A stretch of DNA of 64,000 nucleotides from Parcubacteria group bacterium (GCA_041659685.1 JBAZXV010000004.1:70355-134354), one strand, 5' to 3'. Counted from the stretch's first letter, positions 10,225 through 20,311 are shown. The notes: generated by a model not told the origin, from the letters alone. Program-made: numbers and translations.

Positions 10225-10692
10225 ATGCAAATTCAAGACCTTAAGTTGAAAAAGAGAAAAATCCGAAAAAGAATCGGACGAGGAGGAAAAAAAGGCACCT
10301 ATTCGGGACGCGGCATGAAAGGGCAGAAATCGCGATCCGGAGCAAGCGTCAACCCTATTTTTGAAGGCGGACGATCCACTCTTATCGAGCATCTTCCAAA
10401 AGTGAGGGGATTTAAGTCTCTTTATCCCAAAAATCAAGTCGTCAATCTTGAGGATCTTGAGAAAAATTTTTCTGACGGAGAAACGGTTAATCCTCAGACT
10501 TTGCGCGATAGGCGATTAATTAGTAAAATAAAGATGCCGGTTAAGATTTTGGGCGATGGAAAAATCAGTAAAAAATTGACGATTGAAAAGTGTCTTGTGT
10601 CGAAAAGCGCCGGAGAGAAGATTGAAAAATCCGGGGGAAAAATTACCAGTGATCAACAAACAAAAAACAGTGAACGGGAAAAAAGCGAATAG
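10225..10692 (+). CDS. rplO: 50S ribosomal protein L15
   Basis: RIGRGG, GRGMKGQKSRSG, FEGG, KILGDG. Confidence 0.97.
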   Translation: MQIQDLKLKKRKIRKRIGRGGKKGTYSGRGMKGQKSRSGASVNPIFEGGRSTLIEHLPKVRGFKSLYPKNQVVNLEDLEKNFSDGETVNPQTLRDRRLISKIKMPVKILGDGKISKKLTIEKCLVSKSAGEKIEKSGGKITSDQQTKNSEREKSE

Positions 10693-10725
10693 TCGCTGTT
10701 CGTTGGTTATTGCTCACTGAAGTAT

Positions 10726-11997
10726 ATGCTTCAAAAAATTACTCAAGTGTTCAAGATTAAAGAACTTCGCAACAAGATCCTCTTTGTTTTGGGGATTTTA
10801 GTTGTTTTTAGGGTTGCGGCCAATATCCCCGTTCCGGGCGTAAATGTCGATCAGCTTCGGAATTTCTTTGAAAACAATCAATTCTTCGGCCTGCTCAATA
10901 TGTTTTCCGGCGGCGGACTCCGGAATATTTCGATTGTAATGCTCGGAGTCGGTCCTTATATCACCGCCTCGATTATTATGCAGCTTCTAACGATGATTGT
11001 TCCGCGCCTTGAGCAGATTTATAAGGAAGAAGGAGAAGCCGGCCGGCAGAAGTTCAATATGTGGACAAGATGGCTGACGGTTCCTTTGGCGGCTCTTCAG
11101 ACCTTTGCCATGATCAACTTGTTTCGTTCCCAGGGCATTTTTGGTTCTCTCACCGCGCTTCAACTGGGAACAATCATAGCGACGGCAACCGCCGGAACTG
11201 TTTTTCTGATGTGGCTGGGGGAGCTTATTACCGAGAAAAACATCGGAAACGGGGTTTCGCTTATAATCTTTGCCGGAATTGTCGCCGGTCTGCCCACCTC
11301 TCTCTCGAGGCTTTTTGTCGTGTGGGAGCCTTCCATGCTGTTTACCTATCTTGGTTATCTTGTTTTTGCAATTCTTGTGATCGCCGGAGTGGTTTTCGTC
11401 ACTGAAGGCCAGAGGAATATTCCCGTCTCATACGCCAAGCGAATAAGGGGAAACAGAGTCTATGGAGGAACTTCGACCCATCTTCCGCTTCGGGTGAATC
11501 AGGCCGGGGTGATACCGATTATTTTTGCCATGTCAATCATGCTTTTTCCCGGGATGATAGCCAACTTTTTCATCCACGCTTCAAATCCTGCCGTTGCCAA
11601 TTTGGCCAATATGGTCAATAACCTTTTTAAGAACCAATGGTTTTACGGGGCGGCCTATTTTGTTCTCGTAGTTCTCTTTACTTATTTTTATACCGCGGTC
11701 ACTTTTGATCCGAAAAATATTTCCGAGAATCTTCAAAAACAGGGAGGATTTGTTCCCGGGATACGGCCGGGACAGGCGACCTCGGAATATCTTCACAGGG
11801 TGCTCAACCGCATCACCCTTGCAGGAGCCTTCTTTTTGGGCGCCATCGCCGTTTTGCCTTTCATTGTCCAGGGGATCACCAATATTCAATCTCTTACGAT
11901 CGGCGGAACGGGACTTCTTATCGTAGTGAGTGTCGTAATTGAAATAATGAAGCAGATCGAATCCCAGATGATAATGAGGGATTATGAAGGATTCTAG
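10726..11997 (+). CDS. secY: Preprotein translocase subunit SecY
   Basis: LGVGPYITASIIMQLL, GNGVSLIIFAGI, IPGIRPG-like VPGIRPG, GGTGLLIVV. Confidence 0.98.
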   Translation: MLQKITQVFKIKELRNKILFVLGILVVFRVAANIPVPGVNVDQLRNFFENNQFFGLLNMFSGGGLRNISIVMLGVGPYITASIIMQLLTMIVPRLEQIYKEEGEAGRQKFNMWTRWLTVPLAALQTFAMINLFRSQGIFGSLTALQLGTIIATATAGTVFLMWLGELITEKNIGNGVSLIIFAGIVAGLPTSLSRLFVVWEPSMLFTYLGYLVFAILVIAGVVFVTEGQRNIPVSYAKRIRGNRVYGGTSTHLPLRVNQAGVIPIIFAMSIMLFPGMIANFFIHASNPAVANLANMVNNLFKNQWFYGAAYFVLVVLFTYFYTAVTFDPKNISENLQKQGGFVPGIRPGQATSEYLHRVLNRITLAGAFFLGAIAVLPFIVQGITNIQSLTIGGTGLLIVVSVVIEIMKQIESQMIMRDYEGF

Positions 11998-12061
11998 AAC
12001 GCGAATTACCGCGGATGGCAAACGATTATGCGCGAATAATTATTCAAATTAATTCGTCGAC

Positions 12062-12832
12062 ATGATGATAATCAAGTCAAAGGAAGAAATCGAAATAATG
12101 CGCGAAGGCGGGCGGATTTTGGCCGAAACGCTTCAGAGAGTCGGTGAAAAGATAAAATCTGGCATCAGTGCGTTTGAACTGGACAAGCTTGTAAAGGAGC
12201 TTGTTTTTTCTATGGGCGGACGGCCTTCATTTCTTGGGTATAAGCCGGGCGGATACGGCGAAGGGTATCCGGCGGCGCTTTGCGTTTCCGTGAATGATGA
12301 AATTGTCCATGGTTTGCCTTTGGAAAATAAAATTATCCAGGAAGGGGATCTGGTAAAACTTGATCTCGGAGTCGAATATAAAAAATTAAACACGGATGCA
12401 ACGATCATGGTCGGGGTCGGAAAACTTTCCGATACGGCAAAGAAAATTATGGAGGTGACGAGAGAATGTCTGGACTTTGGAATTAAGGAAATCAGACCGG
12501 GCAATAGATTGAGTGATTACGGACGAGCGGTTCAAAATCATGCTGAAAAAAACGGTTTTACGGTTGTCCGGGATCTGGTCGGGCATGGAGTCGGAAAAGA
12601 AGTCCATGAATCGCCTCAGATTCTGAATTATTATCATAAAAGACTTGGAAACATGGAGCTTAAAGAGGGTATGACGCTTGCGCTTGAGCCGATGGTTAAC
12701 GAAGGAGATTATGAAATTGTTTTGGCTGAAGACGGTTGGACTTATAAAACCGCGGACGGGAAATTGAACGGGCATTGGGAGCACACGGTGGCGGTGACAA
12801 AGAACGGATGCGAAATATTAACAAAGATTTAG
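12062..12832 (+). CDS. map: Methionine aminopeptidase type I
   Basis: SVNDEIVHG, DLG, GHGVG..VHE, EPM, HWEHT. Confidence 0.96.
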   Translation: MMIIKSKEEIEIMREGGRILAETLQRVGEKIKSGISAFELDKLVKELVFSMGGRPSFLGYKPGGYGEGYPAALCVSVNDEIVHGLPLENKIIQEGDLVKLDLGVEYKKLNTDATIMVGVGKLSDTAKKIMEVTRECLDFGIKEIRPGNRLSDYGRAVQNHAEKNGFTVVRDLVGHGVGKEVHESPQILNYYHKRLGNMELKEGMTLALEPMVNEGDYEIVLAEDGWTYKTADGKLNGHWEHTVAVTKNGCEILTKI

Positions 12833-12837
12833 TCTTC

Positions 12838-13263
12838 ATGGATGATAAAATATTGGGCATAGACTACGGTCAGTCGAAAATTGGCCTTGCGATGGCGGAC
12901 AATGAGACGCGGATGGCTTTTTCCTATGGAATGCTTAAAAATGACAAGGATTTCCTTCAAAAATTGGCAGAAATTATTGAAAAGGAAAATATTTCAAAAG
13001 TGATAATCGGAATTTTGAGCGGTTCAATTATGCCCCGGCGAGACCAGGAAAAGGATGCGAACAAACCGCTGTCTGAAAGCGAAAAACTGGGCGAATTTCT
13101 TAAAAATAAGCTAAAGATGGAAGTTGAATACCAAAACGAAATGTTTACAACCCGCGAAGCGCAGCGAAATCTAATAGAAAAAGGCGCGAAGAAAATAAAA
13201 AGATATGACGATCAGGAAGCGGCAAGGATCATACTGCAATCGTGGTTGGATAAAAAGGGATAA
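12838..13263 (+). CDS. ruvX: YqgF/RuvX family RNase H-fold nuclease
   Basis: ILGIDYG..KIGLA, NEMFTT, DDQEAARIILQ. Confidence 0.88.
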   Translation: MDDKILGIDYGQSKIGLAMADNETRMAFSYGMLKNDKDFLQKLAEIIEKENISKVIIGILSGSIMPRRDQEKDANKPLSESEKLGEFLKNKLKMEVEYQNEMFTTREAQRNLIEKGAKKIKRYDDQEAARIILQSWLDKKG

Positions 13264-13385
13264 TATGATAAAATAAGTAAGAAGGAATAGCGATGGGGTA
13301 AAGCTGAAAACCGAAAAACCAGAATCGTTTTTCCTTTTTCGTTGTTGATTTTGCTTTTTTAATTTTACTTTTTATTTTTGTGTTT

Positions 13386-14162
13386 ATGCCTGAAACAAAA
13401 AACAATCCCTATCTCTCTGTCATCATTCCGTCCTATAAGGAAGGAAGAAGGCTGGGAAACAATCTCAAAGAAATTAAGGATTATCTTCAAGATAAAAACT
13501 TCGAATATGAAGTCCTTATTGTGGTTGACGGATCTCCTGACAATACGGCGGAGGTGGCAAGAAGCTACAAAGACAAATTTGAGAGTTTGCGTGTTGTTGA
13601 AAATAAAAAAAATCACGGGAAGGGATATGTAGTTCGCCAGGGGCTTCTGGAAGCAAAGGGAGATGTCCGGGTTTTTCTTGATGCTGACGGTTCGACTTCG
13701 ATCAACCATCTGAATACTTTTCTGCCGCAATTCAAGAAAGGATACGATGTCGTTATTGGTTCCCGCGACATAAAGGGAGCTTATATTCAAGTGCATCAGC
13801 CTAAATATCGGGAAACAATGGGCGACATGGGAAATTGGCTTATTCGAATAGTCCTGGGGCTTTGGAGTTATCCGGACACGCAGTGCGGATTTAAGATGCT
13901 AAATGCCAAAGCGGCCGAGGAGGTTGCCAGCCGAATGGTGGTGGACCGTTTCGGGTTCGACTTCGAGCTCATCGTCCTTGCAAAAAAAATGGGGTTTAAG
14001 ATTAAGCAAATGCCTGTCCGCTGGATGAATGAGGAAGGATCAACTGTCAGCCTAACTGGGAAAAACGGATTTACCCAGGTAATAATCGATCTTTTCAAGA
14101 CAAAATGGAGATTAATGACTGGGCAGTATAAAATCTCAAAACGCAAAACGCATAACGCATAA
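13386..14162 (+). CDS. GT2 glycosyltransferase, dolichyl-phosphate glucosyltransferase-like
   Basis: SVIIPSY, DGSPD, NHGKG, FLDAD, DTQCGFK, FDFEL. Confidence 0.9.
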   Translation: MPETKNNPYLSVIIPSYKEGRRLGNNLKEIKDYLQDKNFEYEVLIVVDGSPDNTAEVARSYKDKFESLRVVENKKNHGKGYVVRQGLLEAKGDVRVFLDADGSTSINHLNTFLPQFKKGYDVVIGSRDIKGAYIQVHQPKYRETMGDMGNWLIRIVLGLWSYPDTQCGFKMLNAKAAEEVASRMVVDRFGFDFELIVLAKKMGFKIKQMPVRWMNEEGSTVSLTGKNGFTQVIIDLFKTKWRLMTGQYKISKRKTHNA

Positions 14163-14206
14163 CGCAATTAAAAAAGCGTTCCGCGTTTTATGTTCTACGT
14201 TATGTG
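14138..14206. repeat. 7-nt periodic inverted repeat overlapping the GT2 3' end
   Basis: AAACGCA AAACGCA TAACGCA TAACGCA ... GCGTTCC GCGTTTT ATGTTCT ACGTTAT. Confidence 0.75.
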
Positions 14207-14209
14207 AAA

Positions 14210-15226
14210 ATGGAGGAAAATAAAAAAGAAAAACCGAAAAAAATATCCGAATTACGCCGCGATCTTATTACCGGAGATTGGGTCGTTATCGCATTGGGAA
14301 GAGGCAAGAGGCCGGGAGAATTTATAAAAAAAAGAGAACCTTACCCCGCCCTGCAGGATAAATGTTTTTTTTGCTTTCCGGAAGAGATGGGACAGGAAAA
14401 GGACGTCCTGATTTTTCGCCAGTCGGACGGAGATTGGAGTCTAAGGGTAATTCCGAATAAATATCCGGCATTTTCGCGAAATCAGTCGGCAAAATCATAT
14501 GAGGAAGGCCCGTATTTTGCAATGAACGGCGTTGGCTATCACGAGGTTATAGTCACCCGCGATCATTTTCGTCAGATAGCCAATCTTGATCCCATAGAAG
14601 TGGCCGAAATTATTGATGCTTATCAGGACCGCTACCTGAATCTGATGAACAAAAAGTCGGTTAACTATATTGAAATATTTCACAATCACGGACGGGAAGC
14701 GGGGGCTTCGGTAGAGCATCCTCACTCCCAACTGATGGCCATTCCGGTCGTTTCGCCCGGCGTCAAAATGGAACTTGAGGGCGCGGAAGCATATCACAAA
14801 AACACGAGAAAATGCGTTTATTGCACAATTGTCGACTGGGAGCTCAAGGACAGGAAAAGATTGATTTTTGAAAACGATAATTTTCTTGCCTTCTGCCCGT
14901 TCTCTTCAAGAGCCGCTTTTGAAGTATGGGTCATGCCAAAAGCTCATAAGCCCTATTTTGAGCGAATAACAAATGAAGAAAAAATCGATCTTGGCGAAGC
15001 GCTGCAAAAATCCGTGAGTTTGATATATAAAACCCTGGAAGATCCCGCTTATAATTTTTATCTCCATACTTCTCCCTGTGATGGCAAGGACTATCCTCAT
15101 TATCATTGGCATATCGAAATCCTTCCCCATACGGCCACTTGGGCCGGGTTTGAGCTTTCGACGGGTATTGAAATTTCAACGATTGAGCCGGAACATGCGG
15201 CGGAAGAATTGAGGAAACAAACTTAA
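14210..15226 (+). CDS. galT: Galactose-1-phosphate uridylyltransferase family
   Basis: ELRRD..TGDWV, PNKYPA, HEVIV, GASVEHPHSQ, YHWHIEI, AGFE. Confidence 0.92.
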   Translation: MEENKKEKPKKISELRRDLITGDWVVIALGRGKRPGEFIKKREPYPALQDKCFFCFPEEMGQEKDVLIFRQSDGDWSLRVIPNKYPAFSRNQSAKSYEEGPYFAMNGVGYHEVIVTRDHFRQIANLDPIEVAEIIDAYQDRYLNLMNKKSVNYIEIFHNHGREAGASVEHPHSQLMAIPVVSPGVKMELEGAEAYHKNTRKCVYCTIVDWELKDRKRLIFENDNFLAFCPFSSRAAFEVWVMPKAHKPYFERITNEEKIDLGEALQKSVSLIYKTLEDPAYNFYLHTSPCDGKDYPHYHWHIEILPHTATWAGFELSTGIEISTIEPEHAAEELRKQT

Positions 15227-15313
15227 CACAAATTAAAAACGAATTAAACACAGATACGCAAATTAGCACAGATTTATTAGTGAAAAAAATCTGTGTTGAA
15301 TCTGTAATTTATA

Positions 15314-15796
15314 ATGCTGCATATAGATTATTCAACCTGGTTTCAAAATTTCCCCCCCGAATTGGCTACGTTCCTGATAGCAATGGTTCCAATCTCGGAA
15401 CTTCGGGCATCAATACCGATAGCGATGAAAGTCTATGAACTGCCGATTTGGTCAGCTTATCTCTGGTCCGTTTTGGGAAATCTTTTGCCGATGATTCTTA
15501 TTGTCCTCATATTGAGGCCGATTGCCGAATTTCTTTCAAGGCATTTTGTTTTTTTCCGAAAATTTTTTAGTTGGCTTTTTGAACATACCCGTCATCGCGG
15601 ACAAAAAAAATTTGAAAAATGGGGAGAATTTGCGGTTTTTATTCTAACAGCAACTCCCATCCCGCTCCTTGGCGGATGGACAGGACCTCTCGCGGCATTC
15701 GTGTTCGACGTAAAAATCAAAAAATCAATTCCGCTGATTGTTTTGGGATGCATGACCGCGGGCGCGATTGTGACGCTCATCACGCTATATTTCTAA
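15314..15796 (+). CDS. Membrane protein, putative small multidrug export (COG2426-like) family
   Basis: AMVPISELRASIP, GN, PIP..GGWTG; about 4 TM. Confidence 0.8.
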   Translation: MLHIDYSTWFQNFPPELATFLIAMVPISELRASIPIAMKVYELPIWSAYLWSVLGNLLPMILIVLILRPIAEFLSRHFVFFRKFFSWLFEHTRHRGQKKFEKWGEFAVFILTATPIPLLGGWTGPLAAFVFDVKIKKSIPLIVLGCMTAGAIVTLITLYF

Positions 15797-15830
15797 TCAT
15801 TCCTAAAGCTCGGCTTTAGGAATAAAAAAT

Positions 15831-16598
15831 ATGAATAAAAAACTCGTGGTCGGAAATATGAAGATGAATCCCGTTTCACCGGTTGAATTTGGTCGTTATC
15901 TTGACGGATTGGAAAAAGAAACCAAGGGAGAAGATTTTGAACGGGCAGAAATCGTAATTTGTCCGCCGGCTGTGTATTTCCGGCAGTTTTTGGAGCGGAA
16001 ATTCAAGAACGTGAAACTTGGGGCGCAGGACGTTTTTTGGGAATATCAAGGCGCCTACACGGGGCAAATTTCGGCCGGGATGATAAAGGCGAATGGCGCG
16101 CAATACGCGATTGTCGGGCACAGCGAGCGGCGAAAATATTTCGGAGAAAACGAAGAGGTTATCAATTTGAAACTGAAAGCGATTCTCAAAAACGGGTTGC
16201 GGGCAATTCTATGCATCGGCGAAAATATGGAGGAAAGAAGAAGCAACCAAACTGTCGAAGTGATAAAAAAACAGCTAAAGGGAGCGGTGGATGGCGTAGG
16301 ATCGGGGAAAATAGAATATGTGGATATCGTTTACGAGCCCAGTTGGTCTGTCGGCTCGGACAATGTTCCGGCGTCAGATGAAATATTAGAGGCAAAACTT
16401 ATCATTAAAAAAATATTAGCTGAAATATACGGCCATAAAGCCATGGAAAGAGTCCGAATACTTTATGGCGGCAGTATCGCGGTGCGTTTTGCAAATCAAG
16501 TCTGCATTAATCCCGCCATGGACGGCGGTCTTATCGGGCGGGAAAGCCTTGTGCCTTACGATTTCATAAAGATTGCAAAAGTGATCAACGAATCGTAA
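15831..16598 (+). CDS. tpiA: Triosephosphate isomerase (divergent loops)
   Basis: GNMKMN, GAYTG, GHSERR, YEP, LYGGS. Confidence 0.9.
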   Translation: MNKKLVVGNMKMNPVSPVEFGRYLDGLEKETKGEDFERAEIVICPPAVYFRQFLERKFKNVKLGAQDVFWEYQGAYTGQISAGMIKANGAQYAIVGHSERRKYFGENEEVINLKLKAILKNGLRAILCIGENMEERRSNQTVEVIKKQLKGAVDGVGSGKIEYVDIVYEPSWSVGSDNVPASDEILEAKLIIKKILAEIYGHKAMERVRILYGGSIAVRFANQVCINPAMDGGLIGRESLVPYDFIKIAKVINES

Positions 16599-16685
16599 TG
16601 AACATAATATTTACTGTAAAAATTTGATATTTAAATTTTTAATTGCAATACCGATAAAGTTCGGTGTTCAGAATTTATAAAAATT

Positions 16686-17537
16686 ATGCTGGCAAACGTA
16701 AAGGACATTTTATTGGAGGCGCAGGAAAATGGTTATGCCGTCGGGGCCTTTAATACTCCCGATATGGAAGTGACTCAGGCTATTGTGCGGGCGGCGGTCA
16801 AAAAGAATACGCCTGCAATCATTCAGGTCACCGAAAAAACGCTAAGCTACGCCGGGGACAGCGTGATAATAGAAGTTATTAAGGCGGTAATTGAAAAAGA
16901 ATCAGGATCAATTCCGATCGGCCTCCATCTTGATCACGGGAAAAGCTTTGATATCGTCGCCCGGGCGGTTGAACTTGGCATGACTTCGGTAATGATCGAT
17001 GCCTCCGAATACAGCCTTCAGGATAATATTTCCATAACGAAAAGAGTGGTTGATTTCGCTCACCCGAAGGGAGTTGATGTTCAGGCGGAAATCGGAAAAG
17101 TCCCGCATCTTGGAGGAATGGATCCCAATCCCGACTGGGACAAATTCATGACTGATCCGCTGGAAGCCAAATGGCTTGTCGAAGAAACAGGAATCGATGC
17201 ATTGGCGGTTGGTATCGGGAATGCTCATGATTTTTTCAGAGAGCGTCCAGAGCCGGATTGGGAGCGGCTGGAAACAATAAGAAAGCTTTTGCCAAAGACT
17301 CCTATAATCTTGCATGGAGCCAGCGATTGGGTGAATCACAAGGTCACGGAAGCCGTAAAAAGAGGGGTAGTTTGCTTTAATGTTGACACGGATATCAGGG
17401 TGGCTTTCAATACGGTTCTCTGCCAATTCACTCATGACAAATGCGAAGTCATCGATCCGAGAAAAGTCCTGGCGGAGGCGCGGGACGCGGTCCAAAAAGT
17501 CGTGGAAAGAAAGATAGAAATGTTTCGAAACTCTTAA
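16686..17537 (+). CDS. fba: Class II fructose-bisphosphate aldolase
   Basis: YAVGAFN, LHLDHG, SVMIDAS, GNAH, LHGAS. Confidence 0.92.
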   Translation: MLANVKDILLEAQENGYAVGAFNTPDMEVTQAIVRAAVKKNTPAIIQVTEKTLSYAGDSVIIEVIKAVIEKESGSIPIGLHLDHGKSFDIVARAVELGMTSVMIDASEYSLQDNISITKRVVDFAHPKGVDVQAEIGKVPHLGGMDPNPDWDKFMTDPLEAKWLVEETGIDALAVGIGNAHDFFRERPEPDWERLETIRKLLPKTPIILHGASDWVNHKVTEAVKRGVVCFNVDTDIRVAFNTVLCQFTHDKCEVIDPRKVLAEARDAVQKVVERKIEMFRNS

Positions 17538-17538
17538 A

Positions 17539-19146
17539 ATGAATACCCAAACCGACATCAAAATAGCAAATAAATTAAAATCGACTTCAAAAATTTTATC
17601 TTTTTTTGTTTTTTTAACCGGCCTTGCCGCGCTGATCGGATGGCAGTTTAACATCGAAATCCTCAAAAGAATATATCTAAATTTTCCCGTAATTGCTCCA
17701 AATACGGCCTTTTCTTTCATTCTGGTCGGTGCGGCTTTGTTATTTTTTTCATTGAATGGCAAGGCGGCCAGAAGAATCCAGCCGCTGTTTTTCTTTCTTT
17801 CTTTCATTGTGTTTCTTGTCGGACTGTTGACTTTAATTGAATACCTGATCGGACTGGACTTAAAGATCGATAAAACATTTTTTGCCCAAAAGATGGGAGA
17901 AAAAGTGGTGCGCATGTCGCCGCAGAGCGCGCTTAATTTTATCGCCGTTGGCTTGTCTCTTCTGTTCTTCTCCCGAAACACAAAGAGAGCGATAACCATA
18001 GGCCAGTCGATTATTATCCTGACCGGTTTTATCTCTTTGGTATCGCTTTTGGGTTTCGTTTACAATATATCCGCCCTGTACACGATTTCCACATATAAAG
18101 GAATGGCGGCTCATACGGCGGTTTCTTTTGTGGCAATCTTTGCCGGAATTCTGTTTTTGCGTCCGGAAGCGGGATTTATAAGAGTATTTTGCGGAAAGGA
18201 ACTGAGCGGCCATGTGTCAAGGAGGCTGTTTTTAATTTTGCTCTTTCTTCTTTTTTTGGAGGTTGTCGTCATGGATCTTCAAAGAATCGGGTTATATAAT
18301 TCTTCTTATGAATCGTTGATTCACCTGATTGTTGTTGCGACAATCTTCGCATATCTTATTTTTATTACGTTTCGGTCTCTCGACAAGCTAGCCGAAGCAG
18401 AACGGGATATTGCCCATGCGCGTGAAGTCGACAGAGCCAAGACGGAATTCGTCTCTCTTGCTTCTCATCAACTGAGAACACCACTGACATCTGTTTCATG
18501 GTTCACGGAAATGCTTCTTAATCAGGAGGTCGGGGGGCTTAATGAGAAACAAAGAGAGTATCTTTCTGAAATATACATTGGCAATCGAAGGATGATCGAT
18601 CTTGTAGATGACATATTAAACACGTCGCGAATTGATATGGGAACCCTGCTTGTTGATCCAAAGATTATTGATTTGAAAGAAATCATCGGAAGTGTTCTGG
18701 GAGAGCTCAATCCTTTGATCCGGAACAAGGAGATAAGCGTGGCTGAAAATTTCGAAAACGACCTTCCGAAAATAAAGGCCGATCCCGAACATATAAGGAT
18801 CGTTATGCAAAATCTGATATCAAACGCCCTAAAATATACCCCTCCAAAAGGAAAGATCGAGGTGACTTTAGTCAAAGAAAGCGGCAATGTCCTTATAAAA
18901 ATCAAGGATAACGGATATGGGATTCCAGAAGGCCAGCAAGGAAAAATATTCACAAAAATGTTCAGGGCTGATAATATACGGACAAAGGACACGGAAGGAA
19001 CCGGTCTGGGATTATATATTGCAAAAGCTATTGTGAAACAATCCGGAGGGCGGATCTGGTTCGAATCCGACGAAAAGAAAGGAACGATTTTTTATGTCAG
19101 CTTGCCAATAAACAAAGTTAACCGTAAAAATAATAAAAAATCTTAA
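17539..19146 (+). CDS. Multi-TM sensor histidine kinase
   Basis: 7-8 TM N-terminus; SHQLRTPL, NLISNALKY, DNGYGI, GTGLGL. Confidence 0.93.
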   Translation: MNTQTDIKIANKLKSTSKILSFFVFLTGLAALIGWQFNIEILKRIYLNFPVIAPNTAFSFILVGAALLFFSLNGKAARRIQPLFFFLSFIVFLVGLLTLIEYLIGLDLKIDKTFFAQKMGEKVVRMSPQSALNFIAVGLSLLFFSRNTKRAITIGQSIIILTGFISLVSLLGFVYNISALYTISTYKGMAAHTAVSFVAIFAGILFLRPEAGFIRVFCGKELSGHVSRRLFLILLFLLFLEVVVMDLQRIGLYNSSYESLIHLIVVATIFAYLIFITFRSLDKLAEAERDIAHAREVDRAKTEFVSLASHQLRTPLTSVSWFTEMLLNQEVGGLNEKQREYLSEIYIGNRRMIDLVDDILNTSRIDMGTLLVDPKIIDLKEIIGSVLGELNPLIRNKEISVAENFENDLPKIKADPEHIRIVMQNLISNALKYTPPKGKIEVTLVKESGNVLIKIKDNGYGIPEGQQGKIFTKMFRADNIRTKDTEGTGLGLYIAKAIVKQSGGRIWFESDEKKGTIFYVSLPINKVNRKNNKKS

Positions 19147-19169
19147 TTTCCTTAATCAGCAATAAAAAA

Positions 19170-19550
19170 ATGGATGACAAAAAAATTCTAATTATCGAGG
19201 ATGAGCTTCCGATGCTCAAGGCTCTCGCGGATAAGTTTTCGCGGGAAGGTTTTTCTGCGATTGAAGCCAGAAATGGAGAAGAGGGACTTAGGATAGCGCT
19301 CGAGACTAAGCCGGATCTCATTGTTCTTGATCTTATCATGCCGGTAATGGACGGGAAGGCGATGATGGAAAAACTTCGCCAAGATGAATGGGGAAAGAAA
19401 GTGCCGATTATAATTCTCACCAACCTCAACCCGGATGACAAGACTCTTAATGAAATTCTTGCCAGCGGCCCGGCCAATTATTTCATAAAATCGAAATGGA
19501 AACTTGAAGATTTGGTCGGAAAAGTGAAAAAAGAGCTGGGAGCGAAATAG
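19170..19550 (+). CDS. Single-domain response regulator
   Basis: ILIIEDE, DLIMPVMDG, ILTN, FIK. Confidence 0.93.
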   Translation: MDDKKILIIEDELPMLKALADKFSREGFSAIEARNGEEGLRIALETKPDLIVLDLIMPVMDGKAMMEKLRQDEWGKKVPIIILTNLNPDDKTLNEILASGPANYFIKSKWKLEDLVGKVKKELGAK

Positions 19551-19624
19551 AGCTTTGCCAAGGCTTAGTCTTGGCAAAATCAAAAAGAGCAGGCTTATCC
19601 AAAAATTTAATGTTGGGAAATAGA

Positions 19625-19654
19625 AAAAGGGCAGATATAAGGATCTGTCCTTTT
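19625..19654. terminator. Bidirectional intrinsic terminator
   Basis: AAAAGGGCAGAT..ATCTGTCCTTTT between convergent genes. Confidence 0.6.
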
Positions 19655-19674
19655 GTTTCTAAGATGAGTATATT

Positions 19675-20199
19675 TTAGAAAAATGACTTAAGTCTGATAA
19701 AACCGATTGCAATCAATCCTCCGGCGAGAGCCGTGAAAAGTTGCGGCCATTGCATCATGGCGATAAGGGGGCTTGCGACTTTCAGAAGCTGTGAAGTAAT
19801 TGCAAAGAGAACTAAAAACTTGATGAATGACGCGGAAATAACGCCTGCTAAAAGGTGTTTTTTGAAAACGTAAAAAGCGGAAACAAGGATAACGTTTGAT
19901 AAAATGATATACGGGATCAACATTGCCATGGGGGCGGGAAGAAGGCCGCGCATGAGAGCGACGGATGACGGCAAGATGGCGATCAAAAGCGTGTTGGCGA
20001 TTCCGACTCGCCAAACGGCGAGAAAAAGAATCGCATTCACGATTGTTCCGGTGATCCACTGATTATGGGGAGTATGGGCGAGAAGCGCCGGAAAAATAAC
20101 GGCAGCGGCAGTGAGGGTAAGGGTCCAGGCGACATCTTTGGCTTGATAGGTAGTAACCGGAAAAGACGCGGTAGTTGTTTTTTCTTGGGCGTTTTTCAT
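19675..20199 (-). CDS. Integral membrane protein, ECF S-component-like
   Basis: About 174 aa, ~6 TM; QWITGTIVNAILF, LIPYIILSN, IKF, PQLFTALAGG. Confidence 0.65.
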   Translation of the reverse strand: MKNAQEKTTTASFPVTTYQAKDVAWTLTLTAAAVIFPALLAHTPHNQWITGTIVNAILFLAVWRVGIANTLLIAILPSSVALMRGLLPAPMAMLIPYIILSNVILVSAFYVFKKHLLAGVISASFIKFLVLFAITSQLLKVASPLIAMMQWPQLFTALAGGLIAIGFIRLKSFF

Positions 20200-20207
20200 T
20201 TTTTCTA

Positions 20208-20311
20208 TCTCAAAACTCAAATCTCAAATTTCAAAGCCACAGCTCAAAGCTCAAAATTATGATTTTGAATTTTAAGTTGTAGTTTTGAGTTTTGAATTTT
20301 GCGCTTTGAGT
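20208..20311. repeat. 7-nt periodic inverted repeat (CTCAAA/TTTGAG type)
   Basis: TCTCAAA ACTCAAA TCTCAAA TTTCAAA GCCACA GCTCAAA GCTCAAA ... TTTGAAT TTTAAGT TGTAGT TTTGAGT TTTGAAT TTTGCGC TTTGAGT. Confidence 0.85.

Noticed and set aside
16908-17999. 363-aa minus-strand ORF and the many other antisense or overlapping ORFs in the track
   Set aside because: They shadow well-supported genes and have no recognisable motifs.
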